Positions 9,466 to 19,194 of a stretch of DNA of 64,000 nt are shown piece by piece (position 1 is the first letter of the stretch; every line of letters starts with the position of its first letter). Origin of the DNA: Myxococcota bacterium (lineage in GTDB: Bacteria > Myxococcota_A > UBA9160 > UBA6930); assembly GCA_965223415.1 (NCBI GenBank), contig OZ245002.1, forward strand, positions 5,344,001 through 5,408,000, given 5' to 3'. Made by a program: the position numbers and the translations under genes. The notes beneath the pieces were generated by a model. It was not told the DNA's origin, ran no database searches, and was given only the letters and a program-made list of their open reading frames with translations.

Positions 9466-10560
9466 ATGACCCACGCCGCCGGACTCGATTTCCTCGTCGA
9501 CAAGAGCGACTGGAAGCGGCACCGCTTCGACGAGGCGGAGATCCCGGAGCTCGTTGACGGCCAGGTGCTCTTCCGCGTGGACCGCTTCGCCTTCACGGCC
9601 AACAACATCTCCTACGCGCTCGCAGGCGACATGCTCGGCTACTGGCGCTTCTTCCCCGCACCGGACGGCTGGGGACGGCTCCCCACCATGGGCTTCGCCG
9701 ACGTGATCGCGACCCAGCACGCGGACGTCGCGGTGGGCACCCGCTGCTTCGGCTTCTATCCCATGTCGCGCTACCTGGTGATCCAGCCAGGCGCGGTGGG
9801 CAGGGCCGGCATCATGGACGCCGCGCCCCATCGCGAGGGCCTGGCCCCCGCCTACAACCAGTACAACCCGACCGGGGGAGACGCGCTCTACCGTCCCGAG
9901 GACGAGGATGCGCTGATGCTGATGCGCGGGCTCTTCCTCACCTCCTTCCTCGCCCATGACTTCATCGCCGACAAGGGCTTCGGCGAGGAAGCGGTGCTGA
10001 TCTCGAGCGCCTCGAGCAAGACGTCCATCGCCCTCGGGCACCAGGTCTCGGCGGAGGGCCGCGCCCGGGCCGTCGGCCTGACGTCGCCCCGCAACCTCGA
10101 GTTCGTGCGCAAGCTCGGCTGCTACGACGAAGTGGTCACCTACGACGACGTCGCGACGATCGACGCCGCCAGGCCGACGGTCTACGTCGACATGGCCGGC
10201 AGCGACAGCCTCCGGCGGGCGGTACACGCGCACTTCGGCGATCGTCTGGCCCACTCCTGCACGATCGGCGCGACCCATTGGGAGGAGCGCGGCGAGACCG
10301 ACCTGCGGCTGCCCGGGCCGAAGCCGGAGTTCTTCTTCGCGCCGGGCCAGATCCAGAAGCGTTCCGCCGAGTGGGGCCCGGACGAGCTGCAGCGGCGGCT
10401 CGCCGAAGCCTGGGCCGGCTTCCTCGGCTTCAGCGGGGGCTGGCTGCAGGTGCAGCGCGGCCAGGGTCGCGAGGCCGTCGAGCGCGTCTACGAGGACACC
10501 CTGGCCGGCCGCACCGAGCCCCGACACGGCCACGTGCTCTCGCTCTGGGACGAAGCCTGA
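9466..10560 (+). CDS. DUF2855 family protein
   Basis: FAFTANNISYA...YWRFFP...GLFLTSF...SASSKTS...FFFAP; AAGGAG RBS. Confidence 0.85.
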   Translation: MTHAAGLDFLVDKSDWKRHRFDEAEIPELVDGQVLFRVDRFAFTANNISYALAGDMLGYWRFFPAPDGWGRLPTMGFADVIATQHADVAVGTRCFGFYPMSRYLVIQPGAVGRAGIMDAAPHREGLAPAYNQYNPTGGDALYRPEDEDALMLMRGLFLTSFLAHDFIADKGFGEEAVLISSASSKTSIALGHQVSAEGRARAVGLTSPRNLEFVRKLGCYDEVVTYDDVATIDAARPTVYVDMAGSDSLRRAVHAHFGDRLAHSCTIGATHWEERGETDLRLPGPKPEFFFAPGQIQKRSAEWGPDELQRRLAEAWAGFLGFSGGWLQVQRGQGREAVERVYEDTLAGRTEPRHGHVLSLWDEA

Positions 10561-10572
10561 CGGGGCCTGCGA

Positions 10573-11223
10573 TCAGCCCGGACCGCAGGCATCCTCGCAG
10601 CGCTCGCCGCGCATGCCCTCCATCCCTTCCTTGACCAGCCACGGCACCATGACCAGGGCGGCGACCGGATCCGCCCACCACCAGCCGGCCGCTGCGTTCG
10701 CCGCCAGACCCAGCAGCAGGGCCAGGGAGAGGTAGGAGCAGGCGAGCGTCTCCTTGGCTTCTGCGCGGAGGGCCGCGCTGCCGATCTCCCGGGCGGCGTG
10801 GAGCTTCCCCCAGGACACGAGGGGCATGACCACCAGCGAGACGGCGGCGAGGACGATGCCCACCAGGCTCTCGTGCGGCGCGTCCCGCGCCCAGAGCGTG
10901 AAGCCGGCCTGCCCCGTCACGTAGAGCGCGAGCACCAGGAAGGTCACCCCGACGAATCGATGCACCCGGCGCTCGGCCCGCTCGAGCTGCGGGCCGTCCA
11001 CGCCCCGGGTCTCGAGGGACAGGCGCCAGAGCAGGACCGACGCCGCCGCGACCTCGATGCCGCTGTCGAGGCCGAAGCCGACCAGCGCGATGCTCTCGGC
11101 CGCGGCCCCCGAGGCCAGGGCGATCACTGCCTCGACGACGTTGAAGGCGAGGGTCGCCCCCACCAGCCACAGGCCGATACGGGCCCAGTCGCGGCCGCCC
11201 TGCCGAAGCGCCTGCTCGCTCAC
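10573..11223 (-). CDS. Cation transporter (CDF-related membrane protein)
   Basis: FNVVEAVIAL, SIALVGFGLDSGIEV, GWWWADPVAAL; several TM segments. Confidence 0.85.
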   Translation of the reverse strand: MSEQALRQGGRDWARIGLWLVGATLAFNVVEAVIALASGAAAESIALVGFGLDSGIEVAAASVLLWRLSLETRGVDGPQLERAERRVHRFVGVTFLVLALYVTGQAGFTLWARDAPHESLVGIVLAAVSLVVMPLVSWGKLHAAREIGSAALRAEAKETLACSYLSLALLLGLAANAAAGWWWADPVAALVMVPWLVKEGMEGMRGERCEDACGPG

Positions 11224-11275
11224 ACGATCGCCCCCTTGGTACCCCCGGTCGCGGCCGGAGATCGGGTCGGGCCGG

Positions 11276-12898
11276 TCACGTCATCGCGAAGCCGCGGTAG
11301 CCGTCCGCCACGATCTCGTCGCAGGTCTTCCGGTACTCGCCGACGCCGCCCACGTAGGGCATGAAGATGCGCGGCTTGCCCGGGATGTTCGCGCCCAGGT
11401 ACCAGGATTGGCAGCTGGGCGCCGTCAGCATCGTCCCTTCGGCGGTTTCGTTGACATGGGCGACCCAGGCCTCCTGCGCTTCGGCCTCCGGCTCGACTCT
11501 CGAGAGCCCGTTGGCGTCCAGGTGGGCGATACACTCCGCGATCCAGTCCACGTGCTGCTCGATCGACACGATCATGTTGCTGAGCACCGAGGGACTCCCG
11601 GGGCCGGTAACGGTGAACAGGTTCGGGAACCCGTGCACCTGGAGCCCGAGGTAGCTGCGGGGGCCGGCTTCCCATTCCTCCCGCAAGCTCGCGCCCCGGC
11701 TTCCGCGGATGTCGATGCGGAGGATCGTGCCGGTCATCGCGTCGAAGCCCGTGGCGTAGATCAGCGCGTCGATTTCGTACGTCCCCTGGGCCGTCTCGAG
11801 CCCGTTCGGGAGGATCCTCTCGATGCCACCCTTGCGAAGGTCGACCAGCGTGACGTCGTCGCGGTTGAAGGTGTCCAGGTAGCCCGTGTCGATGACGGGG
11901 CGCTTGCAGCCCAGCGGGTACCCGCGCGGAGAGAGCCCTTCTGCGGTCTCCGGGTCCTTCACCCGCCGACGCACGAGCTCCCGATACATCTCGCAGGCCA
12001 TCTCGTTGGCCTCTGCATCGGTCGCCACGTCGAGGTAGCGCCTGAGCGCCGCGAAGCCCTCGCTGGCCATGACCGCCTGCCGCTCCTCCTCGCTCGTCTC
12101 GAGGAGGTTCTCGGTGGGCGCGATGAAGGCGGCCCCTCCGCCGAATCCGAAGACGAAGCCGCCCTGGGATTCCCGCTCGGCCCGGCGGATGATCTCGTAG
12201 CTCCGCCTTGCCCGCTGCAGGTCCTCGCGGGGCAGCGGGCGGTTTCCCGCCGGCAGGGTGTAGTTCGGCGTTCGCTGGAAGACCGTGAGGTGCTCCGCCT
12301 CCTCGGCGATGACGGGAATCGCCTGGACGCCGGAGGATCCGGTCCCGATGATGCCCACCCGAACGCCACGGAAGTCCACACCCTCGCACGGCCACTCCCC
12401 CGTGTGGTAGACGCGTCCGGCGAAATCCTCCGCGCCCTCGATCGGCGGCGTGTTCGGGGTCGACAGGCAGCCGGTGGCCAGGACGAAGAAGCGGGCTTCG
12501 AGATGCCGGCCGTCTTCCGTCTCGATCCGCCAGCCCCGGCCGGCATCGTCGTAGTGCGCCGCCGAGACCCGCGTCTCGAAGTCGATGTCCCTCCTCAGGT
12601 CGAAGCGATCGGCCACGTGGTGGGCGTAGCGCAGGATCTCGGGCTGGGCGGCCATGATCTCCGTCCACTCCCACTGCTGTTCGAGCTCCTTGGAGAAGCT
12701 GTAGGAGTACTCGACGCTCGGAACGTCGCAGCGGCATCCCGGGTACCGGTTCCAATGCCAGGTGCCGCCCACGTCGGCCCCGGCTTCCAGCGCCCGAACG
12801 CGAAGGCCCTGCTCGCGCAGCTTGTGGAGGGCGTACATGCCGCCGAAGCCGGCTCCCACGACGACCACGTCGAACACGGCCGGTACTCCCGCGGTCAC
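11276..12898 (-). CDS. Baeyer-Villiger monooxygenase (cyclohexanone monooxygenase-like)
   Basis: GAGFGG, GGTWHWNRYPG, FAGRVYHTGEWP fingerprint, GTGSSG, ATGFDA. Confidence 0.93.
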   Translation of the reverse strand: MTAGVPAVFDVVVVGAGFGGMYALHKLREQGLRVRALEAGADVGGTWHWNRYPGCRCDVPSVEYSYSFSKELEQQWEWTEIMAAQPEILRYAHHVADRFDLRRDIDFETRVSAAHYDDAGRGWRIETEDGRHLEARFFVLATGCLSTPNTPPIEGAEDFAGRVYHTGEWPCEGVDFRGVRVGIIGTGSSGVQAIPVIAEEAEHLTVFQRTPNYTLPAGNRPLPREDLQRARRSYEIIRRAERESQGGFVFGFGGGAAFIAPTENLLETSEEERQAVMASEGFAALRRYLDVATDAEANEMACEMYRELVRRRVKDPETAEGLSPRGYPLGCKRPVIDTGYLDTFNRDDVTLVDLRKGGIERILPNGLETAQGTYEIDALIYATGFDAMTGTILRIDIRGSRGASLREEWEAGPRSYLGLQVHGFPNLFTVTGPGSPSVLSNMIVSIEQHVDWIAECIAHLDANGLSRVEPEAEAQEAWVAHVNETAEGTMLTAPSCQSWYLGANIPGKPRIFMPYVGGVGEYRKTCDEIVADGYRGFAMT

Positions 12899-14163
12899 GC
12901 GGCCCTCCTCGCGATCCTCGCGGCCGAGGCGGCGGCGTCCTCGTGATGGAGATACCGCTCCGGAATCGGGAGCTTGAAGATCTCCGCGGCGTTCAGTCCC
13001 AGGATCCGGGCCCGCTCGGCGTCGCTCAGCTGGCCCATCGTGCGCTCGATGGCCGGGGCGGAGTGAGGCCAGGTGCCTTCGTGATGCGGGTAGTCGTTGG
13101 CCCAGAGGAAGCTGTCGACCAGCCGGTGCTCCCGTGCGAGATCGAGGCCGACCTTGTCCTCCTGGAAGGAGGCGAAGCCCTGCCTCCGGAAGTACTCGCT
13201 GGGGAGCATCTCGAGCTTGGGCCGCACGAACATGTGGTGCTTGAGGTAGGCTTCGTCCATCGCCTGCAGCGCCCAGGCCACCCAGCCGATGCCCGCCTCG
13301 ATGGTCCCGAAGCGCAGCTTCGGGAACTGCTCCGCGACCCCGGAAGCGCAGATGTTCACGATGGGCTCCATGGTAGGCGCCAGGGAATGCACCGCGTAGT
13401 TGATGACGGCACCACCCCGACTGCGGGAGGTCCGCGGGTCGCGGCCGGTGGACACGTGGAAGGTCACCGGTAGATCGACCTCGCAGATCGCGGCCCACAG
13501 CGCATCGAACTCCTTCAGGTTGTAGTTCGGGTCATTGTGGTCCGGCGGCCCCCACTGGGGCTTGCAGGGCAGTGCGAGGCCCTTGAAGCCGAGGCCGGCG
13601 CAGCGCTGGATCTCGGCGATCGCCACCTCGACGTCGCCGGGGGCGATGGCAGCCATCGGTGCGAGACGGTCGTTGTGCGCGGCGAAGGTCTCCCAGACCC
13701 AGTCGTTGTAGGCGCGGCACATGGCCGCCGAGAGCTCGCTGCTCCGGGTGGCCCAGATCGTCAGCCCCTTGTTCGGGAACAGGATCTCGGCGTCGACGCC
13801 GTCGGCGGCGAGATCCGCGATCCGCTCTTCCGGCTCCCGACCCGCGCGGTTGCGGAGACGGTCTTCGCCCTCGAATCGGATGTCCCGGACCTTCAGCACC
13901 TGGCGGAACCCGTCCACCTTCTGGGCCATCTGCCGCTTCTTCCCCGAAGCGCCGATGAACACGAGGCCGGGCAGGCGGTCGTGGTACTTCGGGTCGACCC
14001 GCGACTCGAGGAAGTCGTTGGGCTCCTGGACGTGACCGTCGGCCGAGACCAGGAAGAGTTTGTCTCCGGCGTCCGGGCGGACGGAGCGGGGCCAGTCCTC
14101 CCGGCCGGGGGTCTCGAGCCGCCACGCGTTGTGGACGTCGGGTGCGGAATCAGGAGTCGTCAC
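12895..14163 (-). CDS. Amidohydrolase family protein
   Basis: SADGHVQEP, AYNDW, FHVSTG, IEAGIGW, WANDYPHHEGTWP. Confidence 0.9.
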   Translation of the reverse strand: MTTPDSAPDVHNAWRLETPGREDWPRSVRPDAGDKLFLVSADGHVQEPNDFLESRVDPKYHDRLPGLVFIGASGKKRQMAQKVDGFRQVLKVRDIRFEGEDRLRNRAGREPEERIADLAADGVDAEILFPNKGLTIWATRSSELSAAMCRAYNDWVWETFAAHNDRLAPMAAIAPGDVEVAIAEIQRCAGLGFKGLALPCKPQWGPPDHNDPNYNLKEFDALWAAICEVDLPVTFHVSTGRDPRTSRSRGGAVINYAVHSLAPTMEPIVNICASGVAEQFPKLRFGTIEAGIGWVAWALQAMDEAYLKHHMFVRPKLEMLPSEYFRRQGFASFQEDKVGLDLAREHRLVDSFLWANDYPHHEGTWPHSAPAIERTMGQLSDAERARILGLNAAEIFKLPIPERYLHHEDAAASAARIARRAA

Positions 14164-14184
14164 GAGGGCTCTCTCCAGCGGGGG

Positions 14185-15345
14185 TCAATCGGACGTGAGG
14201 GTCGCGACCAGCCGCATCTCGACGGACTTGCGAATCACCCCGTCCATGGCTGCTCGAGCGCGGGAGCGCCAGGCCTCGCCCGCGACGCAGAGCTCGGCGG
14301 CCCGCGTTCCGGCCTCGTCCAGCAGTGCCACCATGCGCTGCCAGGCCCGGCGCACCGCGCGGCTCGTGAGGTCGGGGAGCGCGGGCGGCGGGGCCGAAGC
14401 GGCCCCACGCAGCGCATCCTCGTCGCCGGCCGCAAGGGCCTCACGGGCGCGGCCCAGGTCCAGGTAGAGCCGCTCGAGCGCCTCCTCCCCGGGCAGGACG
14501 CAGGCACCGTGCGGCTCGCCGAGGGTATCGAACACCCAGCCCTGGTCCGGCCCCATCTCGGAGCGGAAGTACCACTCCTGCGCCGGGTCCGGGAGGAAGG
14601 TCCAGATATCGTTGACCCTGCGCTCCTCGTCGCGATCCAGGAAGCGGGTCACCGGGAGGCCGTAGCGAAGCTGGTGGCGCTTCGCGTCCAGCGTGCGGCG
14701 GTCCATCAGCACCAGGGGACGGGTGACCTGCTGGATCGGAATCCACAGGTTCAGCAGGAAGAGCGAGGAATCGTCGTTGCGGCCGTCGGGCGTCCGGTGC
14801 CGGAACAGCTGGGGCGCCTCGCCGTTCATCATCTGCCGCAGCGGGGTCCCGAACACGTCCTGGTCGGCGTGGATCCCCCGCGCGCCGTCGTGGCCGTTCG
14901 CGCCGTCCATGCCGCCCGGGTTCACGTCGAGCCCGTTCGGGCCCGCCCGCCGGTGGATCAGGCCCTCCTCCGCGACGTGCTGGACCTGTAGCTCCCTTCC
15001 GTTGGCCAGATGGAACCGCGCCCCGTTCAGGCCCTGGCGCAGCGCGGCGGCGGTGGCGTCCGAGATCCGATCCTTCTCCCGCACGACCGCCAGCGCCTGC
15101 TGCAGCCGCGGGTTGCCCGACAGATCGATGGCCTCGAAGCCCGCCTCTTCCAGACCAGGCTCGCGCGTACCGGGAGCCGTGCCATCGCGTAGGGCGCACG
15201 ACCGGAAGTCGAACGCCTCGTGCAGGTCGATGCCGAAGGGAAGCGTTCGGGCCCGCAGCAGGCCCGGGCGCTCGGCGTCCGGCGAGACGTTCTCGGCCCG
15301 GGTGAACCCGAGCGGGACAAGCAGCTGGGGCGGGGATGGCTCCAT
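14185..15345 (-). CDS. Hypothetical protein, possibly CmcJ/NvfI-like oxidoreductase
   Basis: LEEAGFE, IHADQD, NLWIPI...PLVLMD, WYFRSEMGPD, PHGA and RKSVEMR resemble CmcJ/NvfI/AsaB motifs. Confidence 0.55.
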   Translation of the reverse strand: MEPSPPQLLVPLGFTRAENVSPDAERPGLLRARTLPFGIDLHEAFDFRSCALRDGTAPGTREPGLEEAGFEAIDLSGNPRLQQALAVVREKDRISDATAAALRQGLNGARFHLANGRELQVQHVAEEGLIHRRAGPNGLDVNPGGMDGANGHDGARGIHADQDVFGTPLRQMMNGEAPQLFRHRTPDGRNDDSSLFLLNLWIPIQQVTRPLVLMDRRTLDAKRHQLRYGLPVTRFLDRDEERRVNDIWTFLPDPAQEWYFRSEMGPDQGWVFDTLGEPHGACVLPGEEALERLYLDLGRAREALAAGDEDALRGAASAPPPALPDLTSRAVRRAWQRMVALLDEAGTRAAELCVAGEAWRSRARAAMDGVIRKSVEMRLVATLTSD

Positions 15346-15610
15346 GCCTCGATGCTACCGCGCCAGGCGCCGCGGGCCGAGGTAGCGGCGAGCGTCGCTA
15401 CCCGGCGACCCACGGTGTCGGCGACCGCCAGCAACAGCCCTCCCGGCCGAGAGCTCGAGCAGCTCCTCGGCCGCCTTCAGGAGCTCGTCATCGAAGACGG
15501 CGGGGGGGCAGATCGATCAGCGCGGCGAGCTCGACGGCCAGCACGGCGGTGCGAGGTGTCGGCCTCCGGTGAGCGGGGTTCAGGGGAATCCCTACCATCA
15601 CCGCGACGGC

Positions 15611-16195
15611 ATGTCGAATCGATCCCGCGCCGCGCGCACGGACCGCGCGCTCTCCGGTGGCACGGTCATCTGGCTCTTCGTCGCCATCGAGCTCCTGACC
15701 TTCGGCCTCTTCTTCGTCGGCTTCGCGGCGGCACGGCGCGCGGACCCAGAGCCCTTCCTGGCGGGCCAGGCCCAGCTCCACCCCCTGCTGGGTGCCGTCA
15801 ACACCGGCGTTCTCCTCTGTGGCGGCTGGTGCGCGGCTCGCGGCGTCCTGGCGAATCGCTCGAACGAGCCCCGCGCCGCGGCTGGCTACCTCGCGGGCGC
15901 AGCGGCCACCGGCCTGGTCTTCATGGCCATCAAGCTCCACGAGTATGCGGACGTCTTCGCTGCGGGCGTCTCGCTCTCCACGAACACCTTCTGGTTCTTC
16001 TACCTGTTCGTCACCGGTCTCCACTTCCTCCATGTGCTGGCCGGTGTCGGTTTCCTCGTGCCAACGGCAGTCCGCGCAGCGCGCGGCGCCTACGGCCCGG
16101 AGGCCCCCTTCACGGTCGAGGCCGTGGCCGTCTTCTGGCACCTGGTCGACCTCCTCTGGATCGTCCTCTTCCCCCTCCTCTACCTGGCGAGGTGA
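15611..16195 (+). CDS. Cytochrome c oxidase subunit III family (NorE-like)
   Basis: IWLFVAIELLTF, NTGVLL, FYLFVTGLHFLHV, FWHLVDLLWIVLFPLLY; alternative start at 15569. Confidence 0.88.
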   Translation: MSNRSRAARTDRALSGGTVIWLFVAIELLTFGLFFVGFAAARRADPEPFLAGQAQLHPLLGAVNTGVLLCGGWCAARGVLANRSNEPRAAAGYLAGAAATGLVFMAIKLHEYADVFAAGVSLSTNTFWFFYLFVTGLHFLHVLAGVGFLVPTAVRAARGAYGPEAPFTVEAVAVFWHLVDLLWIVLFPLLYLAR

Positions 16196-16476
16196 CCGTG
16201 ACGTCCCGACCGCATTCCCGGCGCGAGGCCCGGCTCCTGCTGGCCATCTGGCTCCTCCTGCTCGCCCTGACCACGGGGAGCTTCTGGATCGCCGACCTTC
16301 GGGTCGCGCCGGGCGCCGCGACCGCCGGCCTGGTGCTCGCGATCGCCACGCTGAAGGCGCATCTCGTGGCCGGTGTCTTCATGGAGATGCTCCGCGGGCC
16401 GCGCGCCTGGGCCGCGGTGATGAGCGGCTTCCTGGTCGCCCAGGCGGCACTGCTCGTGGCGCTCTTCTCGGCGTAG
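16192..16476 (+). CDS. Cytochrome c oxidase subunit IV family (NorF-like) membrane protein
   Basis: IWLLLLALT...IATLKAHLVAGVFMEM; GTGA overlap with subunit III gene. Confidence 0.8.
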   Translation: MTVTSRPHSRREARLLLAIWLLLLALTTGSFWIADLRVAPGAATAGLVLAIATLKAHLVAGVFMEMLRGPRAWAAVMSGFLVAQAALLVALFSA

Positions 16477-16482
16477 CCGGAG

Positions 16483-18051
16483 CTACTGCGGCTCGATGTA
16501 GTTGAGCGCCAGCGCCGCGCGCTTGTCGAGACTGTTGATGAACGGAAGCGCCTCCTCGCGGATCATGTGCCGTAGCCTCGGCGTCATCCAGGCCAGGTGC
16601 CGACGCTCCTCCGGGCCCGCCCCGCGCAGGCGGTAGAGCAGGTTGGCCATCAGCTGCTCCCGGACACCGTCGAAGTTCACCTCGGACATCATCTCGTCGA
16701 AGACGCCCTCTCCGCTCTCGCCCGAGAAGATCTGACGGACGATCTCGCCCTTGTCGACGTCCCAGGTCTCGCCGAGGTCGAAGAGGAACGAGCAGTGCTG
16801 ACGCAGCCCCTCGAACACGGCGTGGTCGTTCAGCAGCTGACGGAGGCCGAGCTGGAGCGCGGGACGCAGGAGCGGCGGAACCAGGTCGGCCACGTCGAAG
16901 GGGTTCTTCGAGCCGACCTCGAGGTTGTGCATGTTCTTGAAATCGCCCACCGGCAGGCGGGTCCCGTCGAGGGGAACGACGCCGTCCTCGGGATTCCCGA
17001 TCGAGATCGCCGAGCAGTCGAAGGGAATGAACGCTCCGCGCAGGGTCTTCAGGAACGGGCTGCCGTGGAGCATCTGCTCCACACCGGGGATCCAGGTCTG
17101 CACGGCGCAGCGGACACCGCCCCAACGGAGAGCCTTGTAGAGCCCACCGTCGCGCTCGGAGGGACCCCGGTCGATGCCGTCAAAGGGAGCGCCGAGTCCG
17201 ATGGCCAGGGCCACGGGGCTGTAGCGATGCACGCGGCCACTGCGGGGCGAGTAGAGGAAGCGCCGCGAGTCCTTCACGCGGACCTGCCGCATTCCCAGCT
17301 GCATCGCGCGGAGGGCAACGAGCCCGCCCTGGCTGTGACCGATCAGGAACATCCGCGGCGCGAACGCATCGAAGACGCGATTGATGATCTTCAGCGCTGT
17401 GTCGTCTGCGACCGGGGCACGAGCACCCTCCTCGTCCACCGCGTGGTCCGGAAGGAAGGATGCGAACTCGGCGCGGAAGCGACCTTCGACGTCGACGAAG
17501 TGGGCCGCCGTGGAAGAGGCCTGCAGCCAGGCGAGCGGGGCTTCGGGGATCGCCGCGCCCTCTTCGGCGAGCCGCTCGAGGAAGCGGGTCTCGGCCATCC
17601 GGACCGCGACCTGCTGGGCGGTCGCCGAATCGTCGAAGTAGAAGATCTCCCGGATCACGTGGGGCCGGTCCTGGTCGCGCCGGGCGGAGCTGGCCAGGTG
17701 GTCGACGAGCTGCTCGATCGCGTGCTTGAACTTGACCGCTCGCGTGACGTGGACCTCTTCGAGCTTGCGCCGCGAGTTCTCCTCCAGGTCCTGGGCCGTC
17801 ATGACGCCCAGGTTGGTGCGATTGGCGACCCGGCGGACCTTCTGCTCGCTCTCGAGGTGGTCCGTCAAGCCCTGGCCGGTGGAGGCGGGGCCGAAGGTGC
17901 CCGCGATGAACTCGACGAGGTAGTTCTTCGGCAGGATCGACGGCCGGGGCGGCTCCTCGGCCCGCACGCCCTGGCGTCCGCCGTTCGGCCCACTTCCGGA
18001 GTGCGAGGCCCGGGCACGATCGGCGGCCTCTCGACGGGGAGCTTTGGTCAT
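16483..18051 (-). CDS. Putative lipase/alpha-beta hydrolase with long unknown N-terminal region
   Basis: LIGHSQGG, LGAPFDG, DGVVP; start uncertain (up to 18099). Confidence 0.65.
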   Translation of the reverse strand: MTKAPRREAADRARASHSGSGPNGGRQGVRAEEPPRPSILPKNYLVEFIAGTFGPASTGQGLTDHLESEQKVRRVANRTNLGVMTAQDLEENSRRKLEEVHVTRAVKFKHAIEQLVDHLASSARRDQDRPHVIREIFYFDDSATAQQVAVRMAETRFLERLAEEGAAIPEAPLAWLQASSTAAHFVDVEGRFRAEFASFLPDHAVDEEGARAPVADDTALKIINRVFDAFAPRMFLIGHSQGGLVALRAMQLGMRQVRVKDSRRFLYSPRSGRVHRYSPVALAIGLGAPFDGIDRGPSERDGGLYKALRWGGVRCAVQTWIPGVEQMLHGSPFLKTLRGAFIPFDCSAISIGNPEDGVVPLDGTRLPVGDFKNMHNLEVGSKNPFDVADLVPPLLRPALQLGLRQLLNDHAVFEGLRQHCSFLFDLGETWDVDKGEIVRQIFSGESGEGVFDEMMSEVNFDGVREQLMANLLYRLRGAGPEERRHLAWMTPRLRHMIREEALPFINSLDKRAALALNYIEPQ

Positions 18052-18178
18052 CGGGAGCTTCCGGGAGGGAAAGGTCCGCTTCTTCGCGGGTCTTCGCAAG
18101 CCTGGCCACGCGGGGCGGGGCGGCGGCGGGGGCAGGTCGCCGGTGGCTGGCGCCGGCAGAGCTCCCGGGCCGGCTTCG

Positions 18179-19066
18179 TCATCGGCGCCCCCGGTCCGGC
18201 CCCGGGTCCCCTGGCTCCGCCTGCGGCGCCACCGCTTCCTGCGGATACAGGAGCGTGTTGAGCGCGCTGTCCGCGCGCTCTCCGACGTCGCGTCCGCCCA
18301 GGTAGTTCACCGCGTCGGACCTCCGGTACTCGTTCACGAGGGGCGCCACGCGCGTGCCGTCCGGGTACATCGTGACCACCACGGCCTCGCGCATGCGGTC
18401 CGAGCGGTTCGCCGCCGCGCCGTGGATGATCCATCCGTTGTGGACGCAGAGGTCCCCGGCGCCCACCGCGGGCAACTGCACGGCCTCGAGCCCGTTCTCC
18501 GCGATGACGGAATCGAAGAAGGCCTCGGACGCCTCGTCGATGGAGTGCTGACCCAGGTCGCCGAGTCGGTGGGAGCCCCGGGCATAGCGCAGCGCTCCCA
18601 TCTCCTCCGACACGTCGGTCAGCGGCATCCACGTCCCGAGCGACCGATCCGTCTCGAGTGGCCAGAAGTACATATCCTGATGCCAGAAGGAGGCGTCGGC
18701 CCCGGGCGGCTTGAAGAGCACCTGCTCGTGGTAGATCCGCACGGCGGCCGCGCCGCTCAGGCGGGCGCCGATGCTGCCCAGGCGAGGGCAGAGGCAGTAG
18801 GCCTTCAGCACGTCCGAGTCGAAGCGCAGATTGAGACGCTGGTGGAAGGCGCCGCCGAACGTCATCGGCATGCCGTCCTCGGTCAGGAGCCGCATGGCCT
18901 CCTCGCGGATCGCGGGGGCGTAGGCCGCGACTTCCGACGGCGAGAGGACGTTCTCGAGCACGACGAAGCCCTCCTCCCGGTAGCGCGCCACCTGCTCGTC
19001 GCGGATCGGGTACGGATCCGAGAGGTCGGGGAGGCCCAGGGCCTGGCAGAGCGCGGCGTGGTTCAT
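18179..19066 (-). CDS. Phytanoyl-CoA dioxygenase (PhyH) family protein
   Basis: YREEGFVV, KPPG...WHQD, HNGWIIHGAAANRS. Confidence 0.88.
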   Translation of the reverse strand: MNHAALCQALGLPDLSDPYPIRDEQVARYREEGFVVLENVLSPSEVAAYAPAIREEAMRLLTEDGMPMTFGGAFHQRLNLRFDSDVLKAYCLCPRLGSIGARLSGAAAVRIYHEQVLFKPPGADASFWHQDMYFWPLETDRSLGTWMPLTDVSEEMGALRYARGSHRLGDLGQHSIDEASEAFFDSVIAENGLEAVQLPAVGAGDLCVHNGWIIHGAAANRSDRMREAVVVTMYPDGTRVAPLVNEYRRSDAVNYLGGRDVGERADSALNTLLYPQEAVAPQAEPGDPGPDRGRR

Positions 19067-19194
19067 GTCGGATCTCCGAATGGGGTGGGCCGGGATTCGC
19101 GCGGCGGGCGACGGCATCCGCTTCCGTGGCTCCTGCGTCGGACCGCGCCGGCACGTCCGCGCCGATGCGACCGGGCCCGGCCGGAGGAGTGACG

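Noticed and set aside
15360..15560. Minus-strand coding-like stretch (AVELAALIDLPP / VFDDELLKAAEELLEL)
   Set aside because: Frameshifted, with no start and no family I can recognise; too weak to call.
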